From contig OX597821.1 of assembly GCA_951406725.2 (NCBI GenBank), positions 33,108,001-33,172,000 on the forward strand: 64,000 bases of DNA. Reading direction: 5' to 3'. Shown here one piece after another: positions 13,101 to 25,554 of this stretch (the stretch's first letter is position 1; every line of letters starts with the position of its first letter). A model generated the notes under the pieces. That model worked only from the letters and a program-made list of their open reading frames with translations. It made no database searches and had not been told where the DNA came from. Position numbers and translations under genes: made by a program. Origin of the DNA: Octopus vulgaris. Taxonomy: Eukaryota.

Positions 13101-14201
13101 ATATTTGTTGGGAATCTAGTATTTAAGGTATTAATCTCGGGATCGTAAAATCTTCGGTTCCAGTCCTGGTGGAGCCCTCTCTCCCACCAACAGTCACAGC
13201 TGTATAGAGAAAGGGCTAAAGTAGTTATTAGTTCGTACACACTTCAGCTATGTAAACTAGAACTAACGTGATATGAATTGCCTTGCTTAAGAATACGCTG
13301 AGCCGCTTTTTCCAGAAATCGAACCCACGACTTTATGATCGTGCCCAGGTTACTCGAGCACGCATTTTCACTACATATATATGTACATGTGTGTGTGTGG
13401 TGGGGGGCGGTGTAAGCGTATAACAATAAGTGGTACTCCGTTGGTTCTAATTGATCAACAGTACAGCATTCTTGTAAAATTAACGTACAAGTGGCTGAAC
13501 ATTCCACAAATACGCGTAACCTTAACGTAGTCCTCAGAAATATTCAGCGCAACACAGAATGTGACATGGTACTGCTCATTTTTGCCAGCCGAGTGGACTG
13601 GATCAACGTGAAATAAAGTGTCGTACACAAGGACAACGTGAAGCAAGGAATCGAACTCACGACCTTTCGATCGTGTGCCGCACAACCTAAACACTAAGCC
13701 ACGCGTCTTCACATGTATATATTTCTTTACTACCCACAAGGGGCTAAACACAGAGAGGACAAACAAGGACAGACAAACGGATTAAGTCGATCACATCGAA
13801 TCCCAGTGCGTAACTGGTACTTAATTTATCGACCCCGAAAAGGATGAAAGGCAAAGTCGACCTCGGCGGAATTTAAACTCGGAACGTAACGGCGGCAGAC
13901 GAAATACGGCTACGCATTTCGCCCGGCGTGCTTACGTTTCTGCCAGCTCGCCACGTATAGTGAGTATTTTATGTATGTGTATACGCTTGTATAAATGTGT
14001 TTGTGATAAGTAAGTGGGATGTACGTTTCCATATGTACACGGAAATGCTCATGCATGTTTGACCCCACGCGTACAAATTTAGCATATACTAGCAGTATAA
14101 TCCGGCGTTAAGTTACGATTATTAAGCTAATTAAGTTCTTTATTTCAAACCAAACTAAGTAATATAGATGTCAAATTTGGGCGAAATCCGTTGACATTGG
14201 T

Positions 14202-14256
<55 letters not shown>

Positions 14257-14292
14257 TAAATAAATGGAGTTTAATGCAGGTGTAATCAAATA

Positions 14293-14388
14293 TTTTTACT
14301 TTCGACACATGTTTCGAAAATTCCACTGATACTATTCAAAAGAATAAATGGTATAAACAATGCAATCTTCTCCTCAGGAAAGTGAAAA
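14293..14388 (-). ncRNA. Putative type I hammerhead ribozyme (canonical core)
   Basis: actttc-CUGAGGA-gaagatt...aattttc-GAAA-CAUGUG-UC-gaaagt: stems I and II pair, GUC site. Confidence 0.7.
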
Positions 14389-14985
14389 AAACGAAACTCG
14401 TCAATAAGACATTTTAGCAAAAAATGATAGGTTTGTATAGCGATTGACAGAATGCTATTAATATTGTTTAAAAAAACGCTATATGATATAACGTCATAAG
14501 TAGCTAACAGAAAGAGCAGGGATATTAATAGTGAATGTTAAATATAAAGGAAATTAAAGTCTAAATTATATATAATAATAGGGACTACTTATATGCACTA
14601 AATGTATGTTTTTGCCAATGCTTACATCTGTATGCTCGCTCTATAACCGTGTTTACTAGAGTATTTTTAGAAAAAATAATGAAAAATAGCTCAGAATTGC
14701 AGAGAAGACAGAATTTCTTGCCTTTGTCATATATAATATAATATAAATATATATGGACAACAGACACGAACACACATACACACACGTACGCACGTACATC
14801 TATTGCATGTTTTGTGCACGCATACATGTTCATAAACAGAAATGAATGGAAGAAATGTTAAATTTGTAGAATAACACTCGCACGATTTTCACTAAAGTAT
14901 ATTATACTATGATTATAAAATATAGTGTCTTTCAAAAACAAAAAAAAGCAAACATTTTACATTTTATTTTTTATGAACGTCATAA

Positions 14986-15044
<59 letters not shown>

Positions 15045-15488
15045 ACTTTGTCTTTCCCGTGAAACTCTCTGCCTCCTTTTTCCACTTTTCTTTATCTTTT
15101 TTTTTTTTTGTTAGACGCTGGCAAGAACGTTGTCATTTAATCTCTCTCTCTCTCTCTCCCTCTCTCACTTTGTCTTTCCCGTGAAACTCTCTGCCTTCTT
15201 CCACTTTTCTTTATCTTTTTTTTTTTTGTTAGACGCCATCAAAAAAGCCAAGGCTGATATTTTTCGTGGTTAAAAGCCATGTCTGAAAATAGATATTTAA
15301 GCTATCCACGGGTGCCTTGGGGAAAAAAAATAAGTTGACAAAACCCAGATAGGATGTTGACAAATGTCCTCCTAAAATTGGAGCGACATGCATGCTAATT
15401 TGTGGACGTGCATAAATTACAATCACGTACACACACACACACACACGCACACACATCCTCCCTTTTATAGATATGATGTAGGACTTAC

Positions 15489-15596
15489 TTTGATATCTGA
15501 TTTCATCCATTGTAGATAAACATCAGTGTTACAATTAAATCTGGTGGAATCTATCATAACTAAGACGAACGTTCCATTTCCAATCGATCGAATAGA
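15489..15596 (-). CDS. Gene A exon 2
   Basis: ttttag|SIRSIGNGTFVLVMIDSTRFNCNTDVYLQWMKSDIK|gtaagt, 108 nt. Matches gene [11 protein letters not shown]...[11 protein letters not shown]. Confidence 0.85.
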
Positions 15597-15880
15597 CTAA
15601 AATAGTAAAAAAAAAAAAAAAAAGCAAAAATAGTAAAGACGTAAATAAAGAATTTCATATATGTGTCTATCTTTTTATCTTTTACTTGTTTCATACGTTA
15701 GGCTGCGGCCATGCTGGGGCACCGCCTTGAAGAATCTTTGAGTCGACCCCGGTGCTTATTTTTGTTAAGCCTGGTACTTATTCTGTCGAAATCTTTTGCT
15801 GAGCCGCTAAGTTACGTAAACACACCAACACCGGTTGTCAAGCGTTAGTGTGTGTATACACAACCACACACACACACACA

Positions 15881-15940
<60 letters not shown>

Positions 15941-15942
<2 letters not shown>

Positions 15943-16197
15943 GGGTGCGTAAGGTATTTGAGAACATAAGTTAATTTTACTAAGCAGCATATTTATCAAC
16001 TTAATATTTTCTATATTTCAGAATTATCAATGGCAGACCCTATGGTTACACAAAAAATGACGAGGCACGCAGTCATTGTGGCTATAAAGGCTGAACAAAG
16101 CAGTTTAGAAATAGCACGATTGTTAAAAGTCGCTAGATCCTTCGTCTACAAAACTCGCAAGGAGTTAGAAGCTAAAGACGGAAATGTATCGCCAGTA
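15941..16197 (+). mobile_element. Tc1/mariner 5' fragment (HTH of transposase), broken off where the Tx1 LINE begins
   Basis: cagggtg terminus; RHAVIVAIKAEQSSLEIARLLKVARSFVYKTRK resembles an HTH. Confidence 0.6.
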
Positions 16198-16209
16198 TAT
16201 TATTATTAT

Positions 16210-18672
16210 TGTGCGGTGTTTCAGCGGCACTTTGCTCAACTGTTTGGGGTGAACGGTGGGACGGACAATGGGACAGACTTCGGTGTGTACCTGGACGGCC
16301 TACCGCAACTCTCGGACGGCGAGGCGGAGTGCTGCGAAAGACCGATATTTTCCTGGGAAGTGGAGGAAACAATGAAGAGTTGCACGAGAGGCAGATCGCC
16401 TGGTTTGGATGGTCTGCCCTACGAGCTTTACACTTCAATGCCAGACTTGTTTGCGGGCCTCTTGGCAAACGTCTACTGCAACTGGCAACAAAACGGGAGA
16501 ATTCCTGCTTTTGTTTGTTGAGGGGTGGTGGCTTTGCTGAGAAAGGACCCAAACAAGGGGGACGTTATAGGGAACTTTAGGCCCATCATTCTGCTCAATG
16601 CAGAGTTGAAGATTTTGGCTAAAGTGCTAGCCAAGAGATTGGCGCTTGTCGTGGACAAGCTGATTGACAAGGCGCAGACATGCGCCGTGCCGACCAGGTC
16701 GATACACGATAATCTCCATCTCATGCGCTACATCATAGAGAGGGTGGGTAACGACACTGGCACGGGTGGGGCTTTGATCAATTTAGATCAGAGTAAAGCC
16801 TTCGATAGGGTCGACCATCGATACCTGGCAGCTGTTCTCAAGGCAGCCGGTTTCGGTCCAGTCTTCCGCGGGTGGATCGCTGCTTTGTACAGCAACATCT
16901 GCTCGGTGATACGGGTGAACGGTCACCTTTCGGAGCCGTTTGACATCTCGCGTTCGGTTCGCCAAGGATGCCCTCTCTCCTCCCTCTTGTACGTATTGAT
17001 CTCAAGCCATTACTGCGCAAGCTGGAGGCTTTGAGGGGTATCCCGCGCGATCTAGGAGGTGGAAACAGCGTGTCTGCCTATGCCGACGACGTCACCGTGA
17101 TGGTGTCGAGCCACAGGCACATTGACCTGATTAGCGAGATATTAAACGAGTACGAAGCGGTGACAGGTGCAAAGATTAACGCGGAAAAGTCCGTGGGCTT
17201 GCAACTGGGCACCTGGAGAGGCAAGTCCATGCCGTCCAACAGTGTTGTAGGGCGCTGGACAGACAGACCCGTTAAACTGCTCGGGGTCTGGTTCGGTCCA
17301 GACCTCCAGGTGGATAAAAACTGGGAAGAGGTGACGAACAGGGTGGCCAATCTCACCCAGAAATGGGCCGAGAGGAAGCTGTCCCTGAAAGGTCGAGCAG
17401 AGGTGGCGAATGCGTACATTGCATCCGTCATCTATTACCGATTGACCGTCGTTCCTTATCCCGACCGCTGGTTGGCCAAGCTGGTGCGCTTGCTCTTCAG
17501 CTTCTTGTGGAAGGGTCAGGTACCACTGGTCAGGCGATCCATCTGCTGTCAACGGCCGCTGAACGGAGGCCTTGGCATGTCATGGTTACTGATGTGCAGA
17601 CATGCGCTCAGGCTACGGCATTTCAAGTGTTTCCTAGACGGTGAACAGGTGTGGTCATCTTTTGTCAGACGCGACTTTCCGCAGCTCGTCTCTTTGACAG
17701 AGTTGCAGTCTTGGATCAAACGCAGACCGAGAAAGGGCGCTTGGCACCGCGAGTGCCGTCAAGCTCTCTCCGCCCTCCACCAGGCAGGCAATGCGATCGG
17801 TAGTGGTTCCACTCTAGCGTTCTATAGAGGGTTAGTGGAAGAAAAGTTGACGATAACAGTCTGTTCGGGAGAACTTTCGGGCCGGGGCCAATGGATAATT
17901 TCCAAAGGTCCCTCGCCTGGCAGAGCTACCGAGGGGCTCTGCCTGTTTGGAATAAACTCTACTGGCACGGAAGTGCCGTCAGTCGGGCCTGCCCGAGGTG
18001 CGCCCAGGACGACGAAACAGTTCTGCACGCACTCGTCCAGTGCCCGAGTATTGCCGAACTATGGGTTTATGTCGAACAGCTACTGTCGCGTATAGGACGG
18101 ATCCGGCTATCAGCTGAATCCATAGTGCTGATTGCCCCGCCGACCTCCTTTAACCGGAAGGGCAAGGCAGTTTTCCTTTGTCTAGTGACTGTAGCGAAAG
18201 AGGTGATATGGTGGACTCGTTTGAAAGGTTAAGGTCTGACACTTTCCTCTTTGGCCAAGGCCTCATCAACTTTTTCAACTTTCACTTGAAAAGGAAGATG
18301 AGAGTAGAGAGGGAAGTGATGTCTGGTAGCAAGTTTATTGAAAGGTGGGTGAATGTCGCAAGAATGGCCAGTATGAACGGACCAATTCTGAGGATACACC
18401 TGTGAAAATTAAAAGGAAATATAAAAGGAGAAAGGGGCTCTCTACCCCGCTTTTGACCAGGCTCCCGTGGCTTTTATGGGTTTTTTCACGAGTAACCTTT
18501 CGAAGCACCTCCCCCTATTGGGAGTTTTAATTGTTACTTACATTTTGTTGTTATCCTGCTTTTGTACACGAACCTTTTTCAAACGGACAAAACCCTTTGT
18601 ACTTTCGTCCTGTGTTTTGTCCCTTTATGTTTTAATTGATTTTTGTTAGCCCTTGTGGCCAATAAACGAACG
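16210..18672 (+). mobile_element. 5'-truncated Tx1/L1-like LINE (RT + zf-RVT), disrupted by stops and frameshifts
   Basis: SPGLDGLPYE, FRPIILLNAELKILAK, LDQSKAFDRVDH, VRQGCPLS, AYADD, CPRC...ETVLHALVQC. 3' end aataaa next to (TTA)n. Confidence 0.92.
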
Positions 18673-18696
18673 AATTATTATTATTATTATTATTAT

Positions 18697-19705
18697 TGAG
18701 TGAGAGAGCAGTGCATGCCATCAAAGTGACACTGAGGTAAAATATACGAAGCTCAGTATACCCGTCAGATAGGGGTACACTAGACACATGCATCACAACA
18801 TGCGCGCGACATGGTGATCTCATATCAAGATAAACAGTGCATGAACTTGCAGGAGGGGCCCAGTTAGAATTTTCTCCTGGTTGAGTAACCCATCCCACTC
18901 AAAAGGTCCCTGAATAAGGGTTAAGGATGTTGAACGAAACAACCATGCTTCCAGAGGTGAATTATTCAAACCCTAAAGAATCCCTCTCAACATGACTATG
19001 ATGCTCCCCCACTACTTCTGCTCGTGATCAGAGATGCACATATCATTAGCCACTACGGGACATGCTCAACTGGTTAACTGATAAGCAAATCTGTAGTATT
19101 GAGCAGCTTATTATTGTTGTTGTTAATACTATAATTACTATTATTATTATTATTGCGTGAGAGAGCAACGCATGCCATCAAAGTGACACTGGGGTAAAAT
19201 ATACGGAGCCCAGTATATCCATCATGACTACTCGTCTCATAAGGGTACACCAGGTACATGCATCACAACTATATGTGCGCGGCATGGTGATCTCATATCA
19301 TGAAAAACAGCACATGACCTTGCAGGTGGGGCCCAGTTAGAATTTTCTTCAGGTTGAGTAGCCCGTCCCGCTCAAAAGGTCCCTGAATAAGGCCTGTTTA
19401 AGGATGCTGAATGAAATATCCATGTTTCGAAGGGTGAATTATCCAAACCCCAAAGAATTCTTCTCAATACATGGCTATGATGTTCCTCCACTACTTCTGT
19501 TCATGATCAAAGATGCACATATCGTCAGCCACTAAGGGACATACTCAACTGGTTAAGGTCAAACAACTGACAAGCAAATCTGTGGTATCGAGCAGAATAT
19601 TTGCTGTAGTCCATCTTTTATATCAAGACAAAACAATGTGCATGATAACACTTCCAATCAATTAAGATCAGAAGCCATGAGAGCCATTGCCTGGTACTGC
19701 ATCAG
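18697..19705 (+). repeat. Diverged direct duplication of a ~400-550 bp repeat, separated by (TTA)n
   Basis: gtgagagagca..gcatgccatcaaagtgacact... begins at ~18700 and again at ~19157. Confidence 0.8.
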
Positions 19706-19928
19706 GTGGTGGTGTTGAAATGCTTAGCGGTATTTCGTCTGCCGTTACGTTGTGAGTTCAAATTCCGCCGAGGTCGACTTTGCCTTTCATCCTTTCGGGG
19801 TCGATAAATTAAGTACCAGTTACGCACTGGGGTCGATGAAATCGACTTAATACCTATGTCTGTCCTTGTTTGTCTCCTCTGTGTTTAGCCCCTTGTGGGT
19901 AATTAAGAAATAGGTACTGCATCAGGGC

Positions 19929-19974
<46 letters not shown>

Positions 19975-19984
19975 GATAACCTAC

Positions 19985-20167
19985 CGCAACTTTCACTCTT
20001 GGTGCTGTTTTTGCGTCTGTTGCGGAAACATTGACATTACAGTGCGAATATATTTTTGTCGGGAGAAGAATGAGTTGCGAAACATCACAGAGAAGGCGAT
20101 CCGAAAGTTGAACGTTTACGAAAGAAAGCAACAAGATGACACAACCAAAAACATTCCGCAAGGACAT
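19985..20167 (-). CDS. Gene A exon 1 (signal peptide + N-terminal PEBP4-like segment)
   Basis: MSLRNVFGCVILLLSFVNVQLSDRLLCDVSQLILLPTKIYSHCNVNVSATDAKTAPRVKVA|gtaggt. Parallels gene B exon 1 (RNV.G..ILLL, LC...LIL.P.K.Y..C, AP.V). Confidence 0.85.
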
Positions 20168-20865
20168 AATAATTAATTTCAATAGTTTAACGTTGCCTTT
20201 TGTTAATGTTTCTTCTTTTTCGTTTTGTTTTGGTTTTGTTTGCTGCTTTTCTTCGTAATGCCACCAGTTTGGTTGTGTTGTCGTTTTTGGTTTTGTTGCT
20301 TAAATTATGTTTAATTTTTTTTTTTTTTTTTGATATTTTTCCTTATTTATTTTTAAAATAAAGTTTATGTATTATTTTGAACGATGTCCTTCCGTTTGAT
20401 ATAACGTTAGATGTTTTGTTTGAGCGATCGTGGATACGGAGGCATTAAGTATGACGTAGCAACGTTTTATAACATCATATGTGTGCGCGTGAGTGTGTAT
20501 GATTGTGTGTGCTGCGCGTGCGTATTTGTGCACATGCATACGTATGCGTAATAATGTGACGAGTACAAAGAGGTATGCAGCCATTCATAACCCCATTATT
20601 GTATAATCATCTCGTCATATTCGTTCTATGTATTGTCCCCTTCTGTGGTGTCCTGTCTGTCCTTGTTTGTCCCCCCCCTCCACCTCTAACTTTGGGCCCT
20701 TGTGGCTAATAAAGAAACCGAGAGTATCGGGAAAAGTGTAAGGAATAGGTGCAAAAGTTGTTTTAAGTGAGAAAGAAAAAGAGAAATTTATAGGAAATTA
20801 TTTTAGGTCGGTTTGAAACAATCAACGATTAACGATGATCAAGGAGACCAAAGAGGACTCAGTAC

Positions 20866-21286
20866 GGATCTTTTCGGTATGAACGGCAGTTTTTAACATA
20901 ATTTCTCAGTAACTAAAAAATTTTAAACTTCGTATACAGGTAGAATGTGTTTATAAAACATCATTTTCTCTTGGCTTTATTGAGAAAATTCTATAATTTG
21001 TAAGATATTTGTTGTTTTTTGTCTTCAATTTCTGCAATTTCAACCAATCAATGTCCGTCTATTGAGGTGAAAACATTCTGTGTCGTATGAATATGCCCCT
21101 CGTTTAAGAAACAGATTGGGTTTATTTACATTTGTGAAGAAAAAATATACCCTTCCCCCACCCCAAACCATAACCCTAACCCTAAAAGAGATTGAAATGC
21201 AATAGATTGATTTTAGGGTCATAATTATGGGTGACAATTTCATATGACACCGCTAGAAAAAACTGCCGTTCAAACAGAAAAGATAC
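20866..21286 (+). mobile_element. GGATC-TIR MITE copy 3
   Basis: Perfect 8-bp TSD ctcagtac. Confidence 0.9.
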
Positions 21287-21345
21287 CTCAGTACAGACAT
21301 GCTTACACACACACATACACATATATATGTATGTATGTATGTATG

Positions 21346-21431
<86 letters not shown>

Positions 21432-21494
21432 GTGACCGGGCTGTGTTGTTATCTTGAGCAAAACACTTTATTTCACGTTGCTCCAGTTCACTTA

Positions 21495-21739
21495 GCTGTA
21501 CAAATGAGTCGCGGCGGCACTGGTGCCAGGCTGTACAAATGAGTCACGGCGGCACTGGTGCCAAGCTGTACAAATGAGTCGTGGCGGCACTGGTGCCAAG
21601 CTATACTAATGAGTCGCGGCGGCACTGGTGCCAAGCTGTACAAATGAGTCGCGGCGGCACTGGTGCCAAGCTGTACAAATGAGTCGCGGTGGCACTGGTG
21701 CCAAGCTGTACAAATGAGTCGCGGTGGCACTGGTGCCAA
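21495..21739 (+). repeat. 35-bp minisatellite x7 inside a SINE
   Basis: Unit GCTGTACAAATGAGTCGCGGCGGCACTGGTGCCAA; single-unit version in the SINE at ~59200-59240. Confidence 0.92.
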
Positions 21740-22085
21740 GTTGTATCGGCTTTTGTCTTTCTCCAGGATAACATCAATGGCATGGAGAGGGGATACTGGT
21801 ATGCATGGGCGGACTGCTGGTATTCCATAAACAATCTTGCCTGAACTTGTGTTTCGGTGGCTAACTATTTATGACAAAAGGCGGTTTTACGTTATATGTC
21901 GCTGGTCACAATGCGCTTCCAATTCATTATTGGACTGTTCGTTTCCATCTTGTCTCAAATTGATTAACAAAATCGTTTTACATTCATCGCGGATGCCTTC
22001 TGAGTGGTCCTTTCTGATTTCTTGGATACCACTCAACAACTGCACGGATCCACCTGCTGTCTGTGAACTTTATGACATGTTCAAC

Positions 22086-22169
<84 letters not shown>

Positions 22170-22220
22170 TGTATGTATGTATGTATGCATGCATGCATGT
22201 ATTATCTATCTATCTATCTA

Positions 22221-22284
<64 letters not shown>

Positions 22285-22347
22285 TGTATGTATGTATGTA
22301 TGTATGTATCTATCTATCTATCTATATATATATATATATATATATAT

Positions 22348-22382
<35 letters not shown>

Positions 22383-22469
22383 CATACATACATACATACA
22401 TACATACATACATACATACATACATACATACATACATACATACATACATAGATGCATACATACATCTAA

Positions 22470-22885
22470 CGGTTTTTGCTATTATAACATGTCCGTTCTA
22501 TAAAGAACTATTTTACTACGTTTTAACCCCGGGAAAACGTCTTTTCCAGCTGATTAACGACACACAACCTGTGTCTGATATATTGTGAGTAAGGGAGTGG
22601 ATCAATTTCCTCCAGCTTGGCAAGACCAGTAGAGCATGGTTTCTGGGACTTTACTCTTCGTGTCTAGCAGGCAGGTATCCAGTACCGATGAAGGGTAATG
22701 ACCCAGAAACCATGCTCTACAGGTTTTGCCAAGCTGGAGCAGAGTGATTCGTTCTCTTACTCACAGAATATCGAACAGAAATTGTTTGTCGTTAGGCAGC
22801 TGGAAAAGACGTTTTCCTAGAGTAGTAATATGTAGTAATATAGTTCTTTACAGAACAGAAATTTTACAGTGGCAAAAATACGTTA
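22470..22885. repeat. Diverged palindrome with hammerhead-like core at 22679-22723
   Basis: aaaacgtcttttccagctg/cagctggaaaagacgtttt and gtagagcatggtttctggg/cccagaaaccatgctctac arm matches. Confidence 0.8.
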
Positions 22886-23574
22886 CCCTCTAGTATTGTT
22901 ACTACTTACATCTCGTTAAGAGATTTTAGATCTAGCTACTTTGCTCGTATATATATACTTTATAATAGGGTTCAGCAAAGAACCCTATTATAAAGTATTA
23001 CTTTAGTTTACCGTGAAATCGTCCTTTTTCATGCTGAATTCTACTTGGTGAAATTATTGATTACTTGTTAATTAATTAGTTTTACCCTTTGTTATAATTG
23101 ATATATATATATAGAGAGAGAGTAATGAGTGGACGCTTTAAGTATACAAGCATTAGCAATTCATAACTTATATTTATACTTACTTGTATTTATATTCTTT
23201 TTTATATATATTCTAATTATTATACAACATAACTCTTTTATGTACACTTTTTTATGTACATTGATTTTATGTACACTGATTTGTTCTACTTTTTATATTT
23301 AACCCTACAGTCTCTTATGTGGTGGTTTAATAAAGTATGTGATTGAGTATTATCTGGTAATTGATATTTGATTTTGATGTATTTCTCCATTTTCTTATCT
23401 TGTATTAGTAATTTGTGGTAAATCATTTTACCTTTGCCCATATAATACAGTAAATGAATTGATTGCATCGCAGTCATTAACATTTATGTATTAACTTTGT
23501 TGGGTACTTCACTAGCAGTATATTGGATATACGTTATCCCATAGAGGGTTGCATTTACAACCCCTATCTCAATT

Positions 23575-23624
<50 letters not shown>

Positions 23625-23627
<3 letters not shown>

Positions 23628-24447
23628 TACAAAATTAGAGAATGGAGAAACATACTTAAATCAATAAAACATCAACTATCAGATGATACCCAATCAATAC
23701 TTTATTACACCATTACATATCAGTAAAGGCATTATACAAAATATACAGTAAAAGTAAATAGACAAAGAGATATAAGTATAAAATTTCAAATATAATATGT
23801 AATTAAATCAAATCTGACAGCTGTTTCGGCAGTGAGGGCAGTCGTACCTCATTTAACCTATAAGCCATAAAGGCAGGTATAAATGAGGCATTAACAAGGA
23901 TGCCCCACGGCCTCTTCAGAGAATTAAATTTGTTATAATTGTGAAAAAGATTATTTAACCATATACATATAAATATAAAAATATAAAAATGTTATAAATT
24001 TTAAGTTACCCAATGAAATAGTATCTGACTTCGTAACATACTGATATTTAAAAATATATTTCTATCTTTAAATTAAATATTTTATGAAATGCATGAGTGG
24101 ATCATTTTTGTTATTTGAGGCATAGTTATAATTTTGAAGGACTAAATGGCAGCATAGTTGCTTCCCTTTTTGTTTATCTATGTGCTAGTTGTTGCTTGTG
24201 GTTATGTATGTGTATAAGTGTATGTGTATATATATAATTATGTGTGTATGTGCGATTGATCTGTAGATGCACATGTGAATATTGGCGTTCCTTGACTAAC
24301 CAACCGTATAATTTCTTTTGTGATTTAAATTTCAAACCACTAGCCAATCGAATTAATCTAAATTATCATTACCTAGTGGTCAGTATTTCTAAACTCATAG
24401 TTATTTCGATCTTGAAAGGATGGACTTGGTGCAAACATAACTGTATC

Positions 24448-24499
<52 letters not shown>

Positions 24500-25230
24500 A
24501 TTAATAGTAATTTTTATTGATTTTTATAGCTTTATAATTTTATAAACTGAACCATGGTTTTAATTATTATTTTTCATCTCCCTATGTGTTAGTTTTTTTT
24601 AAAAACTATTAGCCAAATATGTATAATATCGGTGCTATACATATATACTGGTTTGTACTTATAATATGTGTATAACCGTAATTATTCCTTCTTATTTATT
24701 TTATCACATATACACTGATATATATTTTGTTTTATTTTGTTCTGTTTACCTTCCATTATTGTACCAATGAGTATTATATTATATAAGTGTAGCATTATGA
24801 AGTTTATGTATAAGTTTTTATATTTTACATTTTATATTTTACATTTTATATTTTATATTTTACATTTTTATATTTTTATATTTATATGTATATGGTTAAA
24901 TAATCTTTTTCACAATTATAACAAATTTAATTCTCTGAAGAGGCCGTGGGGCATCCTTGTTAATGCCTCATTTATACCTGCCTTTATGGCTTATAGGTTA
25001 AATGAGGTATGACTGCCCTCACTGCCGAAACAGCTGTCAGATTTGATTTAACTACATATTATATTTGAAATTTTATACTTATATCTCTTTGTCTATTTAC
25101 TTTTACTGTATATTTTGTATAATGCCTTTACTGATATGTAATGGTGTAATAAAGTATTGATTGGGTATCATCTGATAGTTGATGTTTTATTGATTTAAGT
25201 ATGTTTCTCCATTCTCTAATTTTGTAGTAT
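23625..25230. repeat. Inverted repeat with ~365-bp arms (23625-23990 / 24860-25230) plus flanking direct repeat; Penelope pLTR-like
   Basis: Arms are reverse complements; 23320-23570 is a diverged direct copy of 25140-25390. Confidence 0.85.
24931..25044 (+). ncRNA. Putative hammerhead ribozyme with extended stem II (mirror copy at 23811-23923, minus)
   Basis: ucu-CUGAAGA-ggccguggggca...ugcccucacugcc-GAAA-CAGCUG-UC-aga. Confidence 0.62.
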
Positions 25231-25395
25231 TAATTTATGGTAATATTATTACCTTTACCCATATAATACAATAGATGAACTGATTGTTTGGCAATTTTTA
25301 ACATCTATGTATTAGTCTTGTTGGGTACCTATCTAGCAGTATATTGGATATATATTATCCCATGGTGGGTTGAATTTTCAACCCCTATCTCATTT

Positions 25396-25467
<72 letters not shown>

Positions 25468-25554
25468 GGGGTGGATGTACATGCATATACATATGTGTAG
25501 ATATACATACGCACACATGTGAAATGCTGTCTAAAGCATAAGGTGTATAGAGGG

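Larger units (their letters stand above)
970..20167 (-). other. Gene A: divergent secreted or possibly GPI-anchored PEBP-family (PEBP4-like) gene, 4 coding exons, ~219 aa
   Basis: Exons 20167-19985, 15596-15489, 4813-4756 and 1280-970 join in frame with GT-AG sites, phases 0/0/1. Each exon aligns by eye with the matching exon of gene B. Confidence 0.85.

Noticed and set aside
16030-16521. Apparent transposase-RT fusion ORF
   Set aside because: Chance in-frame join through (TAT)n between a Tc1/mariner fragment and a truncated LINE; it stops within the RT.
21495-21739. CRISPR-like 35-bp repeats
   Set aside because: No spacers; it is a minisatellite inside a SINE.
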